From the human T2T-CHM13v2.0 reference genome, Homo sapiens: a stretch of DNA of 64,000 nt. The DNA is taken from NCBI RefSeq assembly GCF_009914755.1, contig NC_060936.1; one strand, 5' to 3'. The notes below the pieces were generated by a model, which did not search any database, was not told where the DNA came from, and saw nothing but the letters and a program-made list of their open reading frames with translations. Made by a program: the position numbers and the translations under genes. Positions 13,195 to 29,849 of this stretch are shown one piece after another (positions within the stretch are counted from its first letter, which is position 1; every line of letters begins with the position of its first letter).

Positions 13195-14682
13195 GAAGGT
13201 AAATTTCCTAGAGTTTTGGGGTGGAGGAGTGACGGTTAATGTGTATAAAATCTCTTGGGGTTAATGAAAATGTTTGAAAATTGCTTGTGATGATGGTTGT
13301 ATAGCTCTGTGAAAATACTGAGTTGCACACTTGAAATGGGTGAATTGTATAATGTGAATAACATCACAATCAAAAGATACAACGGTACCATTGCATCTAG
13401 CCAAACAATTGCAATGTTTAAAAAATTATCAAATAATAATTTAGAAGGCAGTTTATTAAACTCAAACTATTTATTCTATACATACTAATGGCTTTCTTTA
13501 TGTTTTTTAGTACAAATAAGAAATTTTAAAAGATGACACAAAAGGTGTGCTTTTGTTCCTGGGGTGGTATCTGTTCACCATCATCCAAACCTCCTAACTC
13601 ATCAATGAGGAAACCATGATATTTTCCAGAAAAAGTGACAGGTAATATGCAGAGACTCTTTAAAATAGGTGATAAGGAGGTGGCATATCATTCTGTTTTA
13701 CAAATTCAATTATTGGTAAAACCTTGGATAAAGTTTATCTAAATTAAATGTTTGCAAACCACAACTGGAAAAAAATATTGTCAGTATTATTGTTAAACAA
13801 GATTGGTTTGTTTACTTTTTGATTACTTTTTTGAAAATAAAATTTTTGCATGATTACTAGAAATAATTGTAATTAGGATTTGGAAGAGCAAGGGGAACTA
13901 AATTTAAAATGCTCATCTTTTATTAATCACATACATTTTTTATAAGGAGGTTATTTTTACTGGCTCAGGCTAATCGAAAACCGTTATTTGACAAAATTGT
14001 GGAAACAATTGGCCCATGACAATTTAATGCTGTTTTTCAAAACTATCATCTGGCATAGGCTTAGATTAGCTAAACTCACATGGGTATTTTCTTAATTTCT
14101 TAATCATAGACTATTTGCAAGGTAGTTCCAACAGGCTAGCAGTTCACATGCGGCTGTAGAGTGTTATTAGCTCTGGTATAATAATCCCTAATTTCCAGTA
14201 CAATGCTCTGAGTAGGAAAAAAAAACACAAAAAAACAAAAAACAAAGAGCCACAGCTGTGGGCACTATCCAGCTAGTTTCCCCAGGAATGTGTTCCCACA
14301 TGGAAGCTCGTATCTTCTGAGCTAAATCGCAGGAAGAAAAACTTCCCGCCTGAAGATTAGAAGAGCAAGACTGAGTGCTCAGTGGACTGGAGTTTTTAAA
14401 TTATCCTTGATCTCTCCGTGGCATATGACTTCACAGACACAGAACGACAGAGAAATAAAGCAACTCACACCACCTTGGCAGGAAGCCGTATCTGCATTCT
14501 GAGAAGCGCTGCATCTGGCTTTAACTCGGAGCAGCTGAATCAAGATTCAACCTATGATAATCAGACTCAAGCTCATTATCTCTCCACCATACACTGCTGT
14601 ATCTGTGCTTATGGGTGGGAAGTGGAGTTTTCTAGGTGCCATAGAGAGGCGTAATTAGGAAAGTGTCGATTTTAGAAAATCC

Positions 14683-14991
14683 TTTTTTTTTTTTTTTTTT
14701 TTGAGACAGTTTTCCTCTTGTTGCCCAGGCTGGAGTGCAATGGCGCGAACTCGGCTCGCCGCCACCACCTCCGCCTCCCGGGTTCAGGTGATTCTCCTGC
14801 CTCAGCCTCCTGAGTAGCTGGGACTACAGGCGTGTGCCACCACACCCGGCTAATTTTATATATATTTTTTTAGTAGAGACGGGGTTTCTTCATGTTGGTC
14901 AGGCTGGTCTCAGATTCCCAATTTCGCGTGATGCACCCGCCTCGACCTCACGAAGTGCTGGGATTACAGGCGTGAGCCACCGCGCCCGGCC
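14683..14991 (-). mobile_element. AluSp-like
   Basis: Poly(T), CTCTTGTTGCCCAGGCTGGAGTGCAATGG and CATGTTGGTCAGG diagnostics; TSD-like TAGAAA flanks. Confidence 0.95.
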
Positions 14992-15587
14992 TAGAAAGTG
15001 CTTTATTGCGAGAATTAAGTACAAGGCTTTCAATGAGGAGGTAACATGAGATTTTGTTTTCAACTCCAGCTAACATAAATCCTGATTAAATACTATAAAT
15101 ATATAAAAGAGTTGTGGTTTTACGAAGAAAGAAGTCTAGCTATTGGCCGTTGGCGTGGTGGTTCATGTTGCATTGAAGAGCCCAGGTTCCTTCTCTCTGC
15201 CTTCACCAGCTTCAGCAGGTGACTCCTGTGGTACCGGCATGAAATAGCTGCTCTATCACCGCACTTTACATTTATATTCCAAGGAGGTAATAGAGAATAC
15301 TACCAACAGGCTTATTCTCAGAAACCTTTGCTTTTAATTTGAATAGAGCTGCTTTCCCTAAAAATGTTCATAAATGGCTTTAACTGGGTCACATGATGCT
15401 TAGTTGCAAGAGGATCTGCAAAGTATTTTTACTCTCAGTCTGTGTGGTAAAGAAAGATGAAGGAGGAGAAGAAGGATGGTGTTAGAGAAAGTGTCCATCA
15501 TAAGGGTCCATCATAAGACACTTAAGATACATAAGACATAAGAAAGTGTTCATCATAAGGTACTGAGTCTTATAGTAAATAAAATAT

Positions 15588-15915
15588 TAATGATTCTTCA
15601 GGGAAAAAGAACCAATGTGATAGATGGATGGATAGATAGATAGATAGGTGATATAGATATAGATGTATAGATTTAAGAGGATATTTATTATGGGAATTCA
15701 CTTACGCAATTATAGAGGTTGAGAAATCCTAGACGCGTCATCTGCAAGCTGAAAAACCAGGAAATCAGTGGTAAGATTTAGTCTGAGTCTGAAGGCCTGA
15801 GAAGCAGGGCAGGGTGTTACTCTCCGTTTAAGTCCAGCGGACTGAGAACTGGGCCACTGGTATAAATCCTATAGTAGGAAGTCCCAAAAACTGATACTTC
15901 CAATGCTAAAAGAAG
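15588..15915 (-). mobile_element. MLT2-type ERVL LTR fragment with (GATA)n/(TA) tract
   Basis: GAACCAAT...GATAGATAGA...ATTTATTATGGGAATT...CATCTGCAAGCTG...AGTCTGAAGGCCTGAGAA. Confidence 0.75.
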
Positions 15916-17029
15916 ATCTTGTACTCAACTTGGCAGGAAATTAGGGTCACCTGGGTTGCAACCTCAAGTGGCAGGTTTTCAATCCCAACACATCAAGCCA
16001 TTTTGAAGGATTCCTTTGACGCTTTCATCACTGTTGTTTTATTTCTATCGAAAAAGAGATGCAACTTTGGAACATGTTAGAGATGAAGGCTGTAACTTCC
16101 ACGATGGTTTTTCTCCTTACTTCTTGGTGGTCTGTGTAGCCATACCTTCGTTCATGTTATTTCTTCTGGCTAGAAATCCCTCCCTCCCAACTTCCACTGT
16201 TGAGGAGCTTCAAACAGAAGTGCAGACCTGGCTCTGGAATAAAGAGGAGACACAGGTTAGAAGGAAATGATCCAAATGCTCAGATATTGCCAAGGAAGAA
16301 GCTGTCATTTTATATTCATTTTGGTCAGAACACTAAATATAAAATATAAAGGCTCATATACATATTTTTGCCTCAATTAATCTCACTTCTTTTTCTATTT
16401 AACATGAGGTTGGCATCCCTAAGAAAGACCAATGTGTCCTTATCTGGAGATTTCAGTCCATCTGCAGAGATCAAGTTTCACACACAGTAAGTCATGTTTA
16501 CTCTTGAAAGGACACAAAGACCTCGGTAAACTCTGTTCTTCTCTGCCTCAACAAAAATGGCACATTCCCTTTAATTCCTTTGTTTCTGGAAGTAGAACTT
16601 CTCCCAAAGGAGGCTTTAAAAGATGAGCAAATGCTCTCAGATCCAAGGACATGTTAAATCTGCACTGGTATCCTGCCTGTATTCCAGTCCCATTTTTTTT
16701 ACCTCTGGTCCAGAAGGAAGCCTGTGTCTATCGTAATTGAAAACACAAAGAGAAATTACAGCCAGTAAAGACTGTTGCTAAAGGTTTCCCTGCAGCTCTT
16801 CCCTGTCCACACTGGCCCACTCCTGAGATCTTTCTGCAGCTCATTTTGGTTTTACACGCACATGCATGCACGTTTTCCAATATTCCCTCATTCTGTACTC
16901 GCCCTGGTTGCATTTCATTCTGTAAACGGACAAGACACATGCTCCCAGCCCTTTACTGACAATACTGTGGAGCTTGTTATTGCTTCTTTGTTATTGCTGC
17001 AGTTACAGAAACAGTGATGTCCAAGCATT

Positions 17030-17193
17030 ATTAGACCCAACTCTCCCACCAAGCCTGTGAAGTAAGTTTTAATGTCATCCCATTTTACAGAAGAAGAAAC
17101 TGAGACACAGAGATTGAGTCATTAAGCCATTAAAGTTGAAATGTAAGCCAAGGCAGTCTAACTCCAGAGTTTGCATTCTTAACCATTATACCA
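17030..17193 (-). mobile_element. MIR SINE
   Basis: CCCATTTTACAGAAGAAGAAACTGAGACACAGAGA core. Confidence 0.75.
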
Positions 17194-17656
17194 GGTATAA
17201 TTTTTGTTTTCAGAAGCAGCTGCTTATGATGGGAGCAGTATTTGTGGCTAATTTGATGGCATAAAGCAATATCTAGAAGTCGTTACCTGGTCGAGGCTTT
17301 CCTGCTAGGGACTGGTTCTTGACTGGCATTGAGCTCATTAAGGATTTAACACTATGCTGAGTATATTAAAGGTGCAGAATAAATGTATGTAGATGTCCAT
17401 GAAGTAGGAAATTACTGAGACATAGGAACAGTATTCAAAATATACTGAGTGCCCCCACAGTAGGACAAATATGCATCGTACATAGTAACTGTGTTAGATA
17501 GAATGCCAGGTAGGCACATCAGTTTGTGTTTTAAAATAACACTCTGGGCAAATATCAATCAGAGTGAGACTTTAATAATGTTTCACAAGACTCCCAATGT
17601 TTCAATGTCCTTTCCCTTTAGACAACACTCGCTTCCAGGCACTTGAGTTCAATTCC

Positions 17657-18179
<523 letters not shown>

Positions 18180-18883
18180 CTGGGCAGCAGCTTCTGCTTC
18201 TGGTTTTATTGGTATCAAAGGAAAAGAAAATTCATAACACTTCCACATTCTTCAAACATTCTATGCTATAAATTACTGTAGGAATCAGCATATAGGCACA
18301 TTGTGCATTGGGTTTCGTCCTGAATGAGCCCAGATGATAGCCTAGCACGATAAGTTTTAAAATCTTAGGGTGATAAACTCCAATACTGGAGTGAAAAGCA
18401 AGTGATGAAGTGTGAGGTATGGGAAACCACAGGGACCGTGCTGAAACCAGAAGCCCCTGCAGGGTAGAAATGTGCACTCTCAGCTGTGCTGATTGTTGCC
18501 CAATAGGAACTCAGGCCGAGGGTGAGCAAATCTTCTAATGAAAGCAGAGGAGGCTAAAATATTAATGTTTACCTGAGACCCCACTATTACAAACTGTTGG
18601 TAATTAATTAAAATTAAATTTAAACACAGAGCATTTTAAGAGAAAAATATAGGGTGGATTTTATCTGAAAATTGCCCGTTTGCAATCTCTGAACTACATT
18701 TGGTAATTCATTAAAAAGCCATGGTGTCTTTGAGAATATATGACATCATCAGATTGAAGTCTCCTCTTTCATTGGGATAATGTTTCCAACATACTTTACA
18801 CTTAACTTTTAAAAATGCTTATATGGCTAGACTTAGGATTATATAGGGAAATGCAATCTACATTAGAAACCCAAAGTGATATA

Positions 18884-18943
18884 CAGATGCTCCTCGATTT
18901 ATGATGGGATTACATCCTAATAAACCCATCCTAAATTGAAAAA
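18884..18943 (+). mobile_element. MER47/Tigger5-like terminal fragment
   Basis: TA|CAGATGCTCCTCGATTTATGATGGGATTACATCCTAATAAACCCATC. Confidence 0.7.
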
Positions 18944-20244
18944 AAAGGAAAGAAAATTAAGTAACCCCAGTGTGAGAAATCAGAGCTACCAGGTGTACTA
19001 TGTATAATAATTATGCATGCATTTAAATCTGTTCTGCTCATTGAGCTGATGAAATTGTAAAATGCTATTTTACATTCATAGCTACAAGCACATTAGGTAT
19101 GAAGGGCTTTCTGGAAATCGTTATATAAAATTACTTGTTTTTCATATTAATTTCAATATTAAAATGACTGAGATTTTTTTAAAAGAGTTTGCATTCAAAT
19201 GAAGCTGGTTTAAAGAATAAGATTGGGAAAATAAGCATGTTTCCCTTAGACCCGTGTTACTGGAATCCAGATCTGAATTTAATGAATCTAATTAAACATA
19301 TACGTTTCCATCGAGTGTCAACTCACAGCCATTTTTATTACATTATGTGGAATTTGGGATGACTGAATAATCTTTACTATCACAAACAGCTTGCAAGTCA
19401 TGATTTTGGATTTTTCTTTGCTTTTCCATAATAGAAATTATCTTGCTGTCTGTTATAATCCCTAAATTCTTAGAGTTGGCTTATGAGTGGAAGTAACAGG
19501 CATAGGCATATTTCAGAAAATGAATATCTTTTGGCTGTAAAGTACTGGGAAATAAAGTGCCTGGACCTTACATTTTCAGCTTACTTTTTGCTATTACAAA
19601 ATCTCATTTTTTTCTGGTTGAATAAAAATTGAGATTTTTTTTAAATAGACATCTTCATTTTCAGCTCTCTCTTCTTTTCTTTTTCTCTTGTTTTTTTAAG
19701 TAATTGTTGCAACAGTACTAAAATTTGAACACAAATGTCATCAACACCTGTGAGGGGGCCTTTCCCATGACTAATAATGGCCTCATCAGGGCACTGATAG
19801 AAGCCCCAGGAGAGTGTGGGGCCTACAGTGATCTTTATTTCTGGCTGCAACTCCCTGCATCCATGCAAAGGCTGAGGGGCCCAGATTCTGAGTTGGGGGC
19901 AGCAGAAATGTGGAAGCCACAGAAGAGGAGCAGTGTCCCCTCTGGAGCTGGCTTTGCAAGAAAGCCTTGTCTTGTTATTCTGAGAAAGTGAGGAGGCTGT
20001 GACTGTTCCCATATTGATAATCATGACAACTGTTGCTCTTGTTCACATCTCTCTTTGCTACTATGCTAAGGGGTCCTGGAGGAGAGGCTCTGTGAGTACT
20101 CAGTACATGCTCAACAAACACAATTTTAGTCAATGAATGCTCCACTAAAACTCCAGGTTACTGTGGAAGCTGAGATCCTCACACACTTGAGTGAGTAGCT
20201 GAGCAGGGACCGGAGCCCACCATCTTGCGTTCCACATCCCGTAG

Positions 20245-20976
20245 TGTAACTTACTGTCTGACGGGTTGTTGTCCAAAGCTTAGACAGAGCCAATTTACCA
20301 AGACAGATGAATTGCAATAGAGAAAGAGTTTAATTCATGCATAGCCGGCTGTATGGGAATACTGGAGTTTTATTATGACCAAATCAGTCTCCCAGAAAAT
20401 CCGGGGGTCAGAGTTTTTAAGGATATTTTGGTGGGTAGGGGGTTGGAAAGTGGCGAGTACTGGTTGGTTGGGCTGAGATGAAATCTTAAGGAATTGAAGC
20501 TGTCCTCCTGTGCTGAGTCAGTTTCCGGGTGAGGGCCAGAAGGCCAGACCAGCCAGTTTATAGATCTGGGTCTTACCAGCGGATCCATCAAGAATAAGGC
20601 CTGAAAAATATCTCAAGCACTCATCTTAGGTTTTACAATAGTGACGTGATCCCCAGGAGCAATTTGGAAAGGGTCAGAATCTTGTAGCCTCTAGCTGCAT
20701 AACCCCTAAATCATAATTTTGAATCCTGTGGCTAATTTGTTAGTCCTGCAAAGGCAGCCTAGTGCCCAGGCAGGAAGGGAATTTGTTATGGGAAAGGGCT
20801 GCTGTGGTCTCTGTTTTAAAGTTAAGCTATAAACTAAATTTCTCCTAAATTTAATTTGGCATCTGCCCAGGAATGAACAATGACAGCTTGGAAGTTAGAT
20901 GCAAGATGGAGTGAGTTAGGTCAGATCTCTTTCACCATCATAATTTTCTGTTATGATTTTTTCAAAGGTGGATTCA
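20245..20976 (-). mobile_element. LTR8/LTR8A-like ERV1 solo LTR
   Basis: TG...CA ends; perfect 4-bp TSD GTAG (20241-20244 and 20977-20980); reverse complement of LTR8 5' motif (GCAAGATGGAGT...GTTAGGTCAGATCTCTTTCAC). Confidence 0.9.
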
Positions 20977-21580
20977 GTAGTGGCCAAGGCTGACAGCACG
21001 GTCCTCACCTGGTGAAGCCCTTGTCTGGGCCAGGAAAGAGGAGTTCACACAAGGTCAAAATATTGTGATCGGTGCCCAAGCCCCAGATGCCCTTGCCCTC
21101 ACAGGAGCACATTCAGTGCTTAGACGAAGAGCAAGAGGCCCTTCCCTTCTCTCCCTACTCCTGCCTTGGTCTCTTTCATATGCAGATTAAAGGAGCCAGG
21201 GAGCACTGGGTAGCTGTGGGCAGCTGAATACGCAACGGAAGTTCAATGTCCTTGTCAGCGGATCCCTTTGGAAAAATTCTGAGTGAACATTAAGTCATCT
21301 ATTTTAATACAACTTGAAAAAGTAAAACACTCAGTAGGGAGGCGATAGAGAAATGACCTGGCCTAGAAAATACAAGCTGGTAGAATTATTTCCTCCGTCT
21401 CTTTCTCTCCCACTTTTTATATGATACTGGTCGTTTATTTTGGAGAGGAGAATACATTAAGGCCTTTCACCAATATTGTTCATCAGAAATATCCTCCTCT
21501 TTCCTAAAAATGGAAAGAAATGAACCTGTTTGGAGGATCTAGCAAATGCGTTCTCAGAGCAAACAAAGATAGGAAGGAAA

Positions 21581-21838
21581 GTGTCTTTTAGCATGCTAAC
21601 GCATTACAATGAGCAGCGAGAATGACCGGAGTCACTTTCATGGTGGGATGTGGCTGTCTTCTTTATCGCAACCTGTTTTATCAGCAGGGTCTTTATGACC
21701 TGTATCTTGTGCCCAGCTCCTATCTCATCCTGTGACTAAGCATACCTAACCTCCTGGGAATGCAGCCCATAGGTCTCAGCTTTATTTTATCCAGTCCCTG
21801 TTCAAGATGGAGTCGCTCTGGTTCAAACGCCTCTGACA
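21581..21838 (-). mobile_element. MER41 LTR 5' half (inverted)
   Basis: Ends in GGTTCAAACGCCTCTGACA, the reverse complement of the MER41 start TGTCAGAGGCGTTTGAACC. Confidence 0.9.
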
Positions 21839-21849
21839 AAATCATCTCG

Positions 21850-22104
21850 TGCTAAAAGACATTCCCACCAGTGCCATGACTGCTTACAGATGCCTTGGCA
21901 ACATCAGGAAGTTACCTTCTATGATCTAAGAAGGGGATGAAACCTCCCTCAGTTCCAGAAATTGCCCAGTCTTTTCCCAGAAAACTCATGAGTAATCCAC
22001 CTCTTGTTTAGCATATAATCGAGAAGCAACTCTAAGTACACTCAGTCTAGCAGCCCATGCCGCCGCTCTGCCTATGGAGTAGCCATTCTTCTATTTCTTT
22101 GCTT
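21850..22104 (+). mobile_element. MER41 LTR 3' half (truncated)
   Basis: GCTAAAAGACATTCCCACCAGTGCCATGAC...CAGGAAGTTACC...GCTCTGCCTATGGAGTAGCCATTC. Confidence 0.9.
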
Positions 22105-22189
22105 TTTGTTTTTCAAGACGGAGTCTCGCTCTGTCTCCCAGGCTGGAGGGCAGTGGTGCGATCTCAGCTCACTGCAAGCTCCGCCTCCC
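22104..22189 (-). mobile_element. 5'-truncated AluY-like fragment
   Basis: GACGGAGTCTCGCTCTG...CACTGCAAGCTCCGCCTCCC; no TSD visible. Confidence 0.85.
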
Positions 22190-23020
22190 AAGACCCTTGT
22201 CTAATTCCTGTTTTGTTTTCACCTGCTTTATTATAATCATTCTTCCTCTCAATGTCTATATATCTCTGGCATCCACTCATAATGGTCCTTTTACTCTTTT
22301 CTTTCCTCTATGTTATAATTGTTATACTCATTCTAATGTTACCCTTGGGTTATTCCAAACAGTAGCCCCTGCCCCTCCCTTTACTGACTGCTGGACGTGT
22401 CGTCATCACCAGACTCCCATGACAAAAATTTCTGAGCCATTTTGGTCTCATTGCATGAGACCTTTGGGAATTATAGCCAACGGCCTTTCAACTTTCACCT
22501 ACCTGGAAAATAATATCCCTAAACAAATCAACCTCTGACCCTTCTTGCATTCATCTCTTCAAGAAAAAGAATGAATTATCACAATCTATTGTTCAGACCT
22601 ATGTAATTCTACATTTGAATTCAACAACCTCCATTGTGCAATGGGCCAGTTACTCATTCCCAGAAACATACTAATAGAGATTTCAAATATTTCAGCTGAT
22701 ATTAGCCCTTGGTCGGACCTGATGGCATTAGCAACTCCTCTTCCTGGATCTCCAAGGGGCTTACTAGACACTGCTTCTTTAGAGCCCAGGACAACTGGTC
22801 CTGTTTGCCTCAAATTAACCCCTTATGCGTGGTAGAAATTGTATCCCAAGACTTGATTCCAAAATCACCAAAGCCGCATATTCTGACTCAGACATTAGTT
22901 CCACAACAAGCCTACCCTTAATTAGCTATTTAGGCACTCTATCTAGGGGAATTGTTGACTTATCATTTTTGCAAACAATCTGAGCAATATTTCCAATGGT
23001 GAGAATCATATAAACGAAAA
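22190..23020 (+). pseudogene. Degenerate ERV1 env-like (SU N-terminal) fragment
   Basis: ORF 22197-22538 has a hydrophobic leader and TDCWTC (CWxC motif); continues through stops into GPVCLK; adjacent to MER41 LTR. Confidence 0.5.
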
Positions 23021-23028
23021 ATACTTTG

Positions 23029-23660
<632 letters not shown>

Positions 23661-26639
23661 CACTGTAAGAAGACTATAATTAAGCCTGGCAGAAGTTATT
23701 GATATCACCTGCAGCTCACAGGAGAGCCGGTCGCCATCTGAGAAGGCTGCAGAGGTTTTCATCACTTTTTATGATGTATCAGCTCACTTCAAAACAGTGA
23801 AAGAAAATAGAAGGCTTTTGAGGAGTGATTTCCAGAAGTGATGAAGAAAAGCATTTAATATGAATATTTATCTGGAGAAAACAATCAAACACAAGCTTTT
23901 TAAAAGTAGAAAGATGCATAGCTTCTTTTCTGATGTTTTCTGCTCTTCTCTCCTCTCCTCTTGATGAAAGTGAATTATTTAATGCCATCTATAACTTCCC
24001 AATTCAATTTAATGAGATTTACCAGCTCCCCACATTTGACAATTTATTTTCTATTAGGCTTTCAACTAAAATCCAGAAATAAAAGATATGTTCTTTCAAA
24101 GCAATGTGATTTTCTTTTTGTATCTAATATATTCAAATGGCGTAAATTCAGACATATTGTATCGGACTTCACTGAAAACTGTATTAAAAGTTCCCGTTTG
24201 TTTTCAACGTCCCTGTAAATCATTCTCTTCCAGGCTATATTGACCTTTGTGAAAAAAAGGAGTAATGTTTGTCTATGTAGATAAACTTATTTGCAAAAGC
24301 CCACAAAATTAGGGTCATAACAACTAAGGCAAATCTTGAAAATATAAGAGAATGCATAAGAGAATTAACAAAATAAAAAACGCAAAAAGCATATAAAGGA
24401 ATCTTAAAAAATGGAAAGTTGTTGATCCCAGGTTTGGGATGAATAGTGCAGTTCTGGTTACTTACTTTGTCACTGTGTTCCATGTGAATTCTGTTTCCAG
24501 AGCCCACCCTCCAGCACTAGCACCTCCTGCGGCCCACACAGGTGGGAGCTGGGGGCAGAGGACTTGGGAAGAAAGGAAGGCTGTGGCCAACTTTGCCATT
24601 AACCCACAGGCCTCTCAGTCATTTTGATGAAGTAGAAATCCTATAGGCCTGGGCTCTCTAGGCTGAAAGACGTGGTGAAGTTTCCTTTCTCTCAACTTGG
24701 ATGAAATGGAATTTGCATTCTGTACAGGTAACATGCTTTTGGGTCAAAGATTGGTTGAAAATGCACAACAGAGCTCCCATCTGTCCCTGATGGCTTGTGC
24801 AGAATCAGGTTACAAGCAGGTGTGGAACAGGTTTGGTTCAAACTTGGCCTTGGCAAGCACTATTTAGTGTCTTTGTTCAATGTGCTTCACCCCTCGGACC
24901 CCCAGTTTTCTCATTTATAAACAAAAACTTGTTGGTACAGCAATTCCTCTACCCAATGCAATTCCTCTACCCAATGCCACTGTACAGGTGAACCATCATT
25001 GTGCCTTTACAGTGGTTAGCTGGCATATACTAATACCACTTATCATTACCATTATTGAATAATAACCAGGTTTTATGAAGCCAAACAGAGTTTGTGAGTT
25101 ATATTTGCAAACATTAGGTTATTTTGTCAATATATCCCCTGCACATTCAGCTAGCCGATAAGAACACCTGGGTCAGGAGAAAAGTAACTGTCTCAAAGCT
25201 GCATGGCCAGTAGGGAGAGGAGGAGCACTCACACCTATGGACAATCTTTCCATTCCTAAGCCTGTGGTCTTCCCTTTCTATCCTGTTATCTCCTCAATAG
25301 TCAAAGATCCAGGGTGCCCAGTCCATGACACTCACACATATAACATTGCAGAAAAAGGTGCGTGAGATAAAGTGTCTCAATCTCAGAGTTCCTTCCGGGA
25401 ATTGCAAAACGGTTTGTGTAGACAGGGTGCAGATGGTGTGTGACTGTTTAATTTGGCTCTTGAGCACTTTTTAAAAATATTTTCTATTATGGAAAATTGC
25501 AAACATACACAAAAGCAAAAAGAAGAGTGTAATGAATCCCTGTGTACCCATCATTCATTTTTAGCAATGCCAACTGGCTTACCCCTAGAGAGCATTTAAA
25601 GGGTCTCATAATTGGCACTTATTTGACTTGGAATCAGAGCAAGCAAAAATTGTCATTATTGGTTTAATCCAACCTGCCTTATGCATTTGGTTACCAGCCT
25701 GGATAGTGAAGATGTGTGCGTTTGGGGCCTTTTTCAAATGTTGATGCAAAATAGAGAGGAAAAAAAGTAGTTTCTGACTTCAACTCACATTCACATGAGA
25801 TAAAAAATAAAAAAAGACAAACCATCTATAAACCAAGTACTGACATATGGGGCACATTAATTTGTCAGGGAGTGGAACATGTTCTTTGGGCAACTGATAA
25901 ATTGCAGGTAACCTGGAGCTTCTCAATCTGGAGTAACCACAGAGAACAGAAATAAGAGCTTCATGTCCTCACTCAAATCTCCTTCACCACCCCAAATAAC
26001 TACCACTCTTCCCAAAAACCAAATTCAAAACACAGGCACTTGAAGTTTTACATGGGGAATATTTTGCTCTGGCAAATGTTGAACTGAAAATTATTATTGC
26101 TGAGGAGGAAAAGAGGTGCCAAAAGTGGCAGGGAAGGAAATACACTTTAACAACCCTGTCTCTGTGAATTCGGCAAATATGTGCTAACACGACAAATATT
26201 CACCAAGGAAAGAATCAAGTCTGACATTCATTCAATTTTTATTTGTTGCTACACAATTCTGGTTGGTGTTTGTTGATAGCCTTAAACACGTCAAAATTAG
26301 GTCTTTAGACATTATATTTCACAACTTAAATTAGGCAGATAAAGTAAAATATTCAATGTAAAAGATACCTATAAGTATATCTTGATTCTCTCTGTTTTCT
26401 AATACAGAAATCCAAGTAGTTGGGGTCATCAAGGATTTGTATTGAAATAATATAAAATAATGCTTTAAGTTTACTGTAAAAGAAATAGACATATTTATGT
26501 AGCCACCAACAACATGAATAGCTATAACTGGGTATTACTTCCCATAGAACATTTGAAGGAAAGGGCTTGTTATCAATATTGATAGCAGAAAGTAGTCTGT
26601 CTCACACGAGTGCATCCACAGATGCTCTGGTCCATCTCC

Positions 26640-28615
<1,976 letters not shown>

Positions 28616-29849
28616 AATTATCCCAAGATTCCTGGTCTTTCCTTTTCCCTACAGTTGCCTCTGGCCAATCCAGTAACAATATCTGATATTAACCTTTCTG
28701 TTAAATTATTTTTAACATAGACCCTAAAATATGCCATTGAGCATCCCAGATTTAACTGATTGAATGTACTTGTTCATGTACTCCTTTCTCTTTGCCTGAT
28801 AACCATATATCTTTCTTTTGCACTTAGCATAGATTCTCATAACCTAAGGAAAAAATGCTTCTGCAACCAGGTAATCAAATATAAGTTTACATAGGAAAGC
28901 ATGTGTCTCTAAGAAAAAATTCTGTCTATGGGATAGATCATATAATTTATATGGTCATCTTATAATCAGGCCCCTATAGGAAAAAGTCAGGAAGGCTGTG
29001 ACTGAGGAGAGAATTGTGAGAGAAAGGCAGCTTTTGCATCTTCACTAAATTTTATTATGATGTAAAGAAATATAAAAATATACTTATGGCTAGTACATAA
29101 TATTCATAAATGTACTTACTGTCATATTAAAGGAAATAAGTGATACAAAATTATATGCACTAAGGATAAAAGTATAGCTATTTACATAAATGTAGAAAAA
29201 GCTTTTGGCAAAACATGCTGTTATCCGCAACAAAAAAACCCCCACAAAACCTGGAATAGAGAGGAATTATATTAATCTGATAAACGGATTGAAGGATGTG
29301 GACTTCCTGATTGGAAGATTCTACAACAGGCACAGCACAATTGAGAACAATAGAGCACAGCGATTTCAGAACACTGGAGACAGTCAGAGATCTGTGAACT
29401 TCCAAAGACTAAGAACATGCTAAGTTCTGATGAGCCCATCTACCCTTCCCCACCAGGACAATTCAGTGCCCTGATGCCTTTCCCCAAATTTCTCTTTGCC
29501 TCAGCATATTCCTGTCGTGCCCAAAGCTCCTCTGGTCCTCAAATACCCCTACCCATAGGATCTCAGATGTTACACACGATGTGTGATCAAAGGGAAAAAG
29601 ATTGGCTTCTGTAAAAAGAGGCAGATACATCAACCCCACTCCTACCCCCATCCCCACTCCTGCTAATAAATTCTTCTTTGCCAAGCTTCCTGAACAAGTT
29701 TCACATAAGCTAAGAAAAAAGAAAAAAGAAAAAAAAAGCCCTTCAAGTCATTACCGTGTCTGTCCCAATTTTTTCTTCTCACCTGCCAGTGATCAGGGCA
29801 TAGAAAAGTTGAATTTTAAAATTCCGAGTCTTTATTTCTATTACCAAAC

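Larger units (their letters stand above)
11280..13380 (+). mobile_element. Old L1M ORF2/3'UTR fragments interrupted by Tigger3 and THE1B
   Basis: AAAGATATCCCATGCTCATGGAT, CAAAGCTTACTACAAAGCTACAGTAATCAAGACAGT, L1M-type 3'UTR. Confidence 0.8.

Noticed and set aside
12810-13229. ~28-bp similar sequences flanking THE1B as an unusually long TSD
   Set aside because: The true 5-bp TSD (GGAGG/GAAGG) is present; the longer similarity is offset and degenerate, probably an older local duplication in the host L1.
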